Shown here piece after piece: positions 29,437 through 38,400 of a stretch of DNA of 40,975 nt. Position 1 is the stretch's first letter. Each line of letters begins with the position of its first letter. Below the pieces are notes generated by a model. It was not told where the DNA came from, ran no database searches, and saw nothing but the letters and a program-made list of their open reading frames with translations. Made by a program: the position numbers and the translations under genes. This DNA comes from Klebsormidium nitens (taxonomy: Eukaryota; Plantae; Klebsormidiophyceae): NCBI GenBank assembly GCA_000708835.1, contig DF237666.1:1-40975 (forward strand). Reading direction: 5' to 3'.

Positions 29437-32400
29437 ATGCCGGTGAGTTTCTAAATCTGGTTGTTCTGTAAGGTTTGCTTTGCAGCTTGCCATTTCCAAG
29501 TGCATTTGGTGGCCAGCTTTTTGGAAAAGACTAGCATCTGCATGCAGGCACCTTGCTTCAGCCACTTTGCAGCCGTTGTTTGAAGTTCGCAACTAAATTC
29601 CTGGTAAACCTTCACTTTTCTTCCCTCTTAGCGTTCCACAATGCATCCTGGGGAAACGTTTTCTTGCTTAGAGACCTTCTCCTCCTTTTCAGACGGACAT
29701 CCGCAAGTTCTTTGCCCCAAAAGCTCCAAAACGGGATTCTGTGGTGAGTCGTGTTGCTTTACTTTCGCAGTCATAGATACGAGCAGCATCATTGTGCTGT
29801 CCACACTCCGCGCTGTGATAGAGTAAACAAAGACTTTCTGGAAGACCGAGATGAAATTTTGCTCATCAGGTTTTTGATATCCTGGTGGTGGTGGAGCACG
29901 CTCACTTTAGTTTTTCACTTGAAACTTTGTAGAGGCAGCGAACGTGGATACAAAGATCTCCACTCGAGACTCTTCTTGTAACACCGGGATCACACCATGA
30001 CACATAGGCACACCCCTTGTGCGACCTTCATAGCCTTTCCTGCGAGGGGCATAGTCTTTTGATGGGCATTCTCAGTTTTCCGATGGGCGCAGACTTTTCT
30101 TGTTGGGCGTAGTTAATCACCTTCATGGTCAGAACTCTACGATCAAGGGGTTCAATGAGGATTCTCTTCTCAAGCATGTGCTTTATATTGTTTTGTTTCT
30201 TATCGCATTTCCTTCTTTTCAAACAATATCGGTGCCAAAGTGTATACATATAATGCCCATTGCTGTAGGCAGGATGACATGGCTCCAGCACCCTCTACAA
30301 GTTGCAGACCTCAATCAACCTAGTGCTCTTTCGTCCAATCAGGTTGCTGCGAAGCCTGAAAAGCAGGATGCGCCTGCGAAGCCTCCCAAAGTTGAGGCGC
30401 CTGCAGAGGTGCCAAAGCGATCGAAGAAAGAGGAGACACAGGTGAAGCCGGGGAAGCGGGCCAAGAAGGAAGAACCGGAAGAGAAGAAGGCGCAGGGGGC
30501 AAGCCCCTTAGAAAGCTTTAGAAACAAGGCTGCGCCCAAGGAGCGCAAGCGGCCCAGCGATACCAGGGACGATGTCAAAATCGTGTCACCACCAAAGAAG
30601 CAGAAGGTCAAGGAAGGTGAGAACCAAATCCATGTTGTTTAAAGTTTGTTAGAAAGGTTCAACCGTCTTCTTAATAGACGTCCTGGAAAGGTTTAATGAT
30701 GGGCGGAGTATCTTCAGAGTTCACTACGTCAACGTTGCTTCTATGGCGATTGCCGAGCGCCCTCTTGCCACAAAGACGTATCCATGTCCAGTTTTGAGGC
30801 GACGTTTCCCCTCGAGCGAGCCCGATCTAAACGGCTTCTCCCTATCTCTCCCGGTCAGTTGACGAAGATGAGCTCGACGAAGACGAGGATCCGTCTCCAG
30901 CCCCAAAGCCCAAGCCCAAGCCGGCTACGACTAGCCCAGCTGCGACCAAAGCTGCTACCCCAAAGCCTAGCCCCGCAGCGAAAACGCCTGAGCCTGCAGG
31001 GCCCAGTGGGAGAGGGGCTGGAGCTCCACCGAGGGGGGGTGCTGCTGGAGCCGGAAGAGGGGGGGGGAGAGGGGGCGGCGGGGGCGGTCGGGGATGGGGG
31101 GGCGGGTTTGGGCAGCGGGAAGCACCTCCTCATAAAGGAGAAAAGGTAGGGGTTTCTAGTCCCCGTGTCAATGGACGACTTACCTGGGGCGTCAATTTGG
31201 TGCCTGGATTCAAGTGCAGCGGCAGTCGGAGGTTTTTAAAACGGTGCAATCGCGTATAGTCCTTCAGGTTTGTCGTCGAGTTTGTCCTATTTCGAGACAA
31301 GCCTCTTCAAAGCCTGCCCGAAGAAAGTTGAGGACACGATCACTCCAAAGTTGGGAGAACGCATTGAGTATCCCTTTTTCAACGGCTATCTCAATCATAC
31401 AAGCCAAGCTCTATACTACTGAATCAGGGCTGATTGCTGTTGACGACTTCATTCGCCATTGCAGGACGTTCCAGAAGGCAAAGAGGATGCACTGAAGGGC
31501 CTAACTTTCGTCATCAGCGGGGTTCTTGACAGGCAAGGAACCTTTGCCAACTCCCTTCGTACTGAGGACAATTCCGCACAGCTGGTCGTTCGACTTCTTT
31601 CACAGTTGCCTTTGTAGACGGTAAGGTTTGCAGCTGTCCAAGATCAATGCAGACCTCCGGTGGACGGTATAGCCAACGTCTGGATTTGATGGAAAACAGA
31701 AGACGCACCAACGTTCCGATCGAAAAACGACCCGCTGGAAGATGACGGGTGTACTTTGACTGCTCCATTAGTCTGCGCAGAGATCGACTTCTACTGATGA
31801 CGAGAATGTCCTTTCCTGGCTGGTCTTAGTACATCTATGCTACCTCTACAGTCCACATTGGTCCACGTGTGACGCTTTTTCCTGACTGCTCCTCAACCTC
31901 ACCATTCGCTCTCGCCCTTCCAGTCTCGAGCGAGAAGAAGCCGAGGACCTGATCAAGCGGCACGGCGGGCGAGTCACGGGCTCCATTTCGAAGAAGACGA
32001 GTTACTTGCTAGCGGACGAGGACGTCGGAGGGAAAAAGTCGCAGAAAGCGAAGGAGCTGGGTACGCCGTTTTTGACGGAGGACGGACTGTTTGATATTTT
32101 ACGAGCGTCGAAGCCGCAGGCGGGGAAGTCCAGCAAGGCGGCCATCGACGCGCTGCCGGACGAAGTTGCGGAGACGGTGCGGGCAGGTGAGGGGTACAAT
32201 CGAGCGTGATATCTCTATGGTCTCCTGGCTTGCAAATTTCTGACCGATGATTGCCAACCTGTTATTTGCGTAATAAGAACGTTGTCTGAAATTCTGCCCT
32301 CCTTCGTCACGGCGCTTCAAGGAGAGTGAATTCGACCAGCGGCAAAAGAAAAGACCCCCACGCTTGACTGTAGCGTTCCGTCTTGCTTCACGCCTTCTTT

Positions 32401-35400
32401 TGCGTCCGTAGCCTGTAGTGTGGGTCTTTGTCGCCCTTGGTTTGATCCACGAAGTCACCTTCATTCTGTTTGGGGTACAGCGGTTTCCCTTAACCCTGTT
32501 CGAGGTCGCGGACGTGGTTCCGAGCGGTGTGCACGGTATCGAGTTTGGATACGGTGCATGGTATTGCCAAAAATGGTAAATATTGTCTACGAGTTGAGCT
32601 TCATGGCCGGGTCGGTTCGGACCGGCTACATTCCAGACTGGGACCGATTTGTCTCTGCGCATCAGTACCGACCATCGTAACCATGCACCGCGCAAATCGA
32701 GCTTTCCGTAAGCCGCCCAGGTTGGAGGGAAACCAGTATAACATTGCCTCTTCCAAGCTCTTCATGTGCTGAAGTGGCCCCCTCTGCCCGCAGCCAAAGC
32801 CAAGACGGAAGAACAGGATAAGAAGGCGGCCGCCGCCGCCAAGAGAGCGAGCGCGAAGAAGCCCGCCGCTGCGGGGAAGGACGTCAAGCCCGACGTTCCG
32901 GGGGAGGCCTGGGTGCACAGATATGCGCCGCAGAGCCTGGACGATATGGTCGGCAACCAAACGCTGGTGAGCCTTTCGACAGGAAGCTTCTGCCCTTGTG
33001 GGCCTCCGTCCACGATTTTATTGTTAGTTGATGGCACATTGGAGTCCTTGCCAGCGTTTCCTCAGCTTGAAAAAGCTCTCAAGCGGGAAAGGAGCTTCCC
33101 GCCCCTCTGCTTTGTTGCTTACATTGCCACAGAAGTCGCTGGCCCCTCTCGTCTCGGATAGGTTCACCTTTGTCGAACTTACGAGGACTGCCAAGACAAC
33201 GCCTGTGCTCGGAACAAGTTCTCAGTTACTGCCTTTCGAAGCCCGTCATGATCGCTGTTCTGACGCCTTGTTGCGCCCTCTCCAGGTGTGCCCCCCTGTT
33301 GAACTCACGAGGACTATCGGATGCAGCCAGGACAACGCCCCCTGTGCACGAAACAACTTATTTAGTCACTGATTTTCGAAGCGCGTCTTCATTGTTCTTC
33401 TGACGCCTTGTTGCGCGCCCCCCAGGTGAAGCAGCTGAAGGACTGGCTGGAGTCGTGGGAGCAGGTGCACAACGGGGGCGGCAAGGGCAAGAAGAAAGTG
33501 ACGACGTCTTCCAAGCCAAAGGCTGCGCTGCTGAGCGGAGACCCGGGCATCGGCAAGACGACGGCCGCCAGGCTGGTGTGCCAACAGCTGGGCTTCCACG
33601 CACTCGAGGTGAGGGCCGAAGGAACTCGTGGGTAATTCCATCGTCCCTTGCGGTGTTGGGACGCTGTAAACCTGGGAGGCTTAGCGTTCTTGAAGCGTCT
33701 CTGTATACTCGTGCGCGCAGGGCACGAAGTCCTGCAGATTCGGTGTCCCCGCAGAGCATGTTGATTAGAATAGGAGCGAAGTCCTGCCTGCAGTATTGAG
33801 GATCTTTCATCATGCTCCAAACTTTCTCGTGCTCGTCACGGTTTTACAAGGAGACCTTTCTTTCCGGCGAAAGGGCCTTCGAGGGACGCTTAATGGGCAA
33901 AGCGAAACTTGGTCAAGCATCAGCCAGATGATCTTGCAGAAAGTCCTGTCGCTTCTGTTTGACTTCACAAGTTTGTGCACGCCATTAAGGTGAACGCGAG
34001 CGACAGCCGCAGCAAGGCTGACGCCAAGGCGCGCAACGGAATGGGCGGCAAGACGTCCAACATCGTAAAGGAGATGGTGACGAACACCGCGCTCGCGTTC
34101 GGGATGGACGAACAGGAGGCAGCCCCGGTCCAAGGTACGTAGCTCTATTTTCGATTTCGAAGAGTAGCTTGCAGATCCACGGGCGCGTTTTGAAGGGCAG
34201 AAAGAGTGCCTGTGATTCCGTTCAAGGGCTCCGTTTAAGAGAGAAGGTTACAGTGATGCTCAGGTACAGGGCTCGAACCGCTATTTGAAGCGTGGCGAGT
34301 CGTAAGGTTCTGTAGACCTTTTGAAAAGCTTTGCAAAACTTCGGCAGGATTTTGGTTTGGCTGCGGGATGGGTACAGGATAGGTGGTTGTTTGTCTTGTG
34401 AAGGAAAAACGAACAGCTTGACGGCAATCCGGCAACCTTCGCCCCGTTGTGAACGGTGGGCAAAAGAAGGCGGCTTTTTCCTCTCGCACAACCGATGTCT
34501 GTAGCCCCTACAGCAGATTTCGGCTAAGCCGACACACAGCCCTTGTTGAGAAGCCTTTCTCTCGCATGGTCAAAAGTAAACATCCGACCTCGGTGAGCAG
34601 CTCTTGATAGCTGCACTCTCAACGACTCAATTGTGTCTAAGTTCTCGTAAGCGTTTCGGCCAAGCGACTCTGTCCCTCCGCAAAGTCCAGCCCGTTTCGT
34701 TCGTCCGGCAAAGGAGGAAAACGGTGGAGGCGCCAAAAAATCATCAGGCCGACTTTATCTTTACGCCACGTCCCACCCCTTTCGTTTGGCAGGCAAAGGG
34801 TAGGAGCCGGAGATAATCAGGCCGACTTCATCATTGCGCGACGTCCTTCTGTTATTTCGTTCGTCAGGGATGGAAGAAGAAGATGGAGGACTCAGAAACG
34901 ATCAGGCCGGCTTTTTCTTACTCAACGCCTTACACCGTTTCTTCGTCAGGCAAAGGGAAGAAGAAGGTGGAGGAGCCAGAGCCCGCCACCCAGAGGCGAC
35001 CCGTGTTGATCATGGACGAAGTCGACGGCATGTCGGGAGGGGACCGGGGGGGAGTGGCCGACCTGATTGCAAGTATAAAGACCAGCAAGTGAGGCTTTGA
35101 TCGCCGGCTTCAATCTACGGCGTGCGCCCTTTGGCTTCCTTTTAGATGCTGGCGCGTTGGGCTCTGCGAAGTGCGATTTACGTCTTTGAACCAGATCTCA
35201 GGCGCTGCTCTTGTGCTCTCTCCCTCTTCAACAACCTTCCTGCCTTACCAACTTCGACAAGACAGCCTGAATTCAGATTGTATTCTTTTGCTATATAAGT
35301 CGTTCGTTGAGCCGGTTTACCGATTTGGCGATCGGATGTACGACGGTCTTCTCTAGACGTTCGCTCTCGTAGCGAAACCGACTTGTCACTTATTAGATCT

Positions 35401-38400
35401 GACAAGCGTGCCCTGGTCGTTAAAGCGGCGCCCTTGGTATCCACGATCTGACGGGCCCGTTCGTTGCGCCCGTGCAGGATTCCCATTATTTGCATCTGCA
35501 ACGACCGGTACAGCCAGAAGATCCGGTCGCTCACCAACTACTGCCTGCAGCTCAACTGGCGGAAGCCCACGAAGCAGCAGGTGAACGCTTTTCTCTGTTC
35601 CTCTTACGAAGAGGAGATTGTATCTGGTTGAATTGGTCGTCCTCATAAGTGCTGAGCATCGGCCTTGAATGTTGGGTGCTAAGCCCAATGAACGGAGAAA
35701 CTTATCGAATTGAGTTATCCATTGAAGTTGACTCGTTGCTAACAAAGGCTGTCGATAGGTCTGAACTCGAAGCGTCTTGATGCAATACGTGCTGAAGCAC
35801 TCATCGAGCAAGTGTATTTGCAGATGTCGAAGCGGCTGGGCTACATCGCACAGCAGGAGGGCCTGACAATCGCGGATAACGCGCTGGAGGAGCTGGCAGA
35901 GCGGGTCAACGGGGACATGCGCATGGCCATCAATCAGCTGCAGGTGCGCGTTCGCGAGGACCCTGATCCGATTGCAACCTTTCGCTTCTGCCCACCTTGG
36001 CAAAGCTATGGCTGAAAATTCTGGGCTTGCTTTTTTGAGGACAAAGCTCGTTACCCTGATGCAACACGCTTCCTTGCTGTCGAGATTCCAGCTCTGCTTA
36101 TGTGCGGCGATATAGAAGGCTGAGCGCCCATCTGCTGTTTCCAAACACAGTGCAAGCTCTTTGATCGATTTGATCAATTAATCTCTAGGAAATAAGTATT
36201 GCATATTTAGTCGGAGCAGTAGATTATCAAACCCCTCCTGGACCATAAGTAAAAGGTCGGGGTGCCAAATACTGTTTGCCCCTTGTGAAACCGATCGGCT
36301 GTTTCCCGCTTCGCAGTACATGGGTCTTCGGCCGACTTGTTCACTCTAGTCTCTAGCAACATTTGCGAACGCCCCCAATATCTCATACAGCACAAGATAG
36401 ACTAGAACGCACCTTTTCGGGTTCCGTAGTACATGGCGTTGCTGTGACCACCGTAAGCGTAATGGAGCCCCTTCCGATGGAAGGTGCCGTCACTCATTTA
36501 CGTTTGATTTCGAGACGCAAGCGGTCAGACCCCCTGTCTAGCACACTGTCCGTTGATACTCATGATTTCCGTTTCCGCAGTACATGGCGTTGCTGTCGAG
36601 CACCGTAAGCTACGGCGCGATGAAGGCGCGATTAACGGCGAGCGCCAAGGACGAGGACGTGACGGCCTTCTCGGCCGTAGACAAGCTGCTCGGCTTCGAG
36701 GGGGGGCGCCTCAGCATCAATGCGCGCCTGGACCTTGCAATGCAGGACGCCGATCTAGAGCCGCTCATCGTGCAGGCAAGTATTGGGTCAAGGTTGGTTA
36801 AGGCTGGGTTAAGTTGGGTTAAGGCAGCCGGCTGAGCAGCAATATGCGCCTGGGCCTTGCCATGCAGGACGCCGACTTAACGACGCTCATTGTGCAGGCA
36901 AGAATGTGGTAAAAAGTTAGGTTTACGTTGGCTGATTCCCGGTTTGAGGTAGGTGAAGGGCGCCGGCTGAGCGGCAACGCGCGCTACGCTTTGCCATGCC
37001 GGACTCCAATCTGGAACCGCTGATCGTACGGGCAAGTACTGGGGTCTACGAATTCCAGTCGGCTTTGCATTCATTAAGGTTGGGTGCAGCTGGAGCGGCC
37101 CGCTGAGCATCAGTGCACGCCTGGACCTGGCTATGCCGCTCGGTCGCCGACCTGGGCTTCTCATCGTGCAGGCAATTACTGTTCTGAGAAGAATTCGATC
37201 GGGTTGACCTTGATCAAGTTTGATTGAGCTGGGTGAAGGCAGCTGACTAAGCGTCAATGCGCGTCTAGACCTCGCCATGCAGGGCCGTCGTCCTGGAGCG
37301 GCTCATTGTGCAGAAGCAGTTTCGCAAGTTCATCGGTGGCTTGCTTTTTGCTCTTTACTAAACTCTTACTTTCTTTCGAAAGGCAAGATTCAAGCTCTTA
37401 GGTTGCAAACCTACGCTGCTTTCGGAAGTCACGCAACACCAAACGAACGAACCAGCCGTGCGATTGTTCTGCAGGAGAACTATCTCAATTACGGGGGGGG
37501 TCTTGGCGCGGACGATCCACGTCGGCTCGACGTCATGACCCGTGCCGCTGACGCCATTGCGGATGGTGACGTGGTCAACGGTCGTGTCCGGCGGTATCAG
37601 CAGTGGGGGCATATGCCGTTTAGTGCCTTCAACTCGACCGTGCTGCCGGCGACTTATTTGCACGGCAGACGGGAGGTGCTGGCCCCGGTAAGCCGCGCAC
37701 GAGCGAGGGAAAATGGGTCAGTTAGACCCTGAACATTTATCATGTGGACAATCACTTCTGGAGAGGATGACTGAGCAAACCGCTCCCTGAAATCAGTTGA
37801 CAGAGGCGCATGTGCCATGCCGCCTTCACGCCGCAGGCTTTTCGTGAGGGGGTTCGTTGCTAGCGAAACCCTCAGGATATCACTTTAGAAGCGCAAGGGA
37901 AAGTATCCTGTATCGACTTTCTAAGTCGCGCAAGGCCTAAAGTGCGCTTTTAGTTGCCAGCAAATTCGGTACTGGGGTGAGACGCCGAACCTCTAAAGCC
38001 CGTTCCCTAGATGTTTTTGGCTTCGGTGATGTCCATGACGTCAGCAGACTTCGAAACACCAACGCTGGTTCCCTGGGCGGGGCGAGCTTGTTTCTTGCCT
38101 TTGTTGATGCTCATGACGTCAGCAGACTCTGACGGCCGCGCTGAATTCCTCTGCCAGGGCGAGCGCAACTTCAACCGCTTCGGCGGCTGGCTGGGCAAGA
38201 ACTCGACGCAAGGCAAGAACCGGCGGCTGCTGGAGGAGCTGCGCGTGCACGTGCTCTACTCCAAGTGCGCGGAGCCCACGTCGTAAGGCCCCCCCCGGCA
38301 AACCTCTTTCTTCTGTTTTGTATTCATCTCCTCTCTAGTTCCTTTTTGTCATCTTCTCTCTATTTTTCTTTTCCGCCCTCTACTCTTTTTGAAGAATCAC

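Noticed and set aside
31021-31145. Suspected frameshift in the poly-G tracts of RFC1 exon 4
   Set aside because: Checking against the ORF track shows the exon is 287 nt (2 + 95 codons) and reads through in frame to GFGQREAPPHKGEK.
31795-31885. Possible intronic box C/D snoRNA (TGATGA..CTGA); a similar pair lies near 19349-19419
   Set aside because: Box C lacks the leading purine, there is no terminal stem, and I recognise no rRNA guide sequence.
36700-37320. Regularly spaced repeats that might be taken for a CRISPR array
   Set aside because: The units are degenerate copies of the adjacent exon end inside a spliceosomal intron. There are no identical repeats with unique spacers, no cas genes, and the context is eukaryotic.
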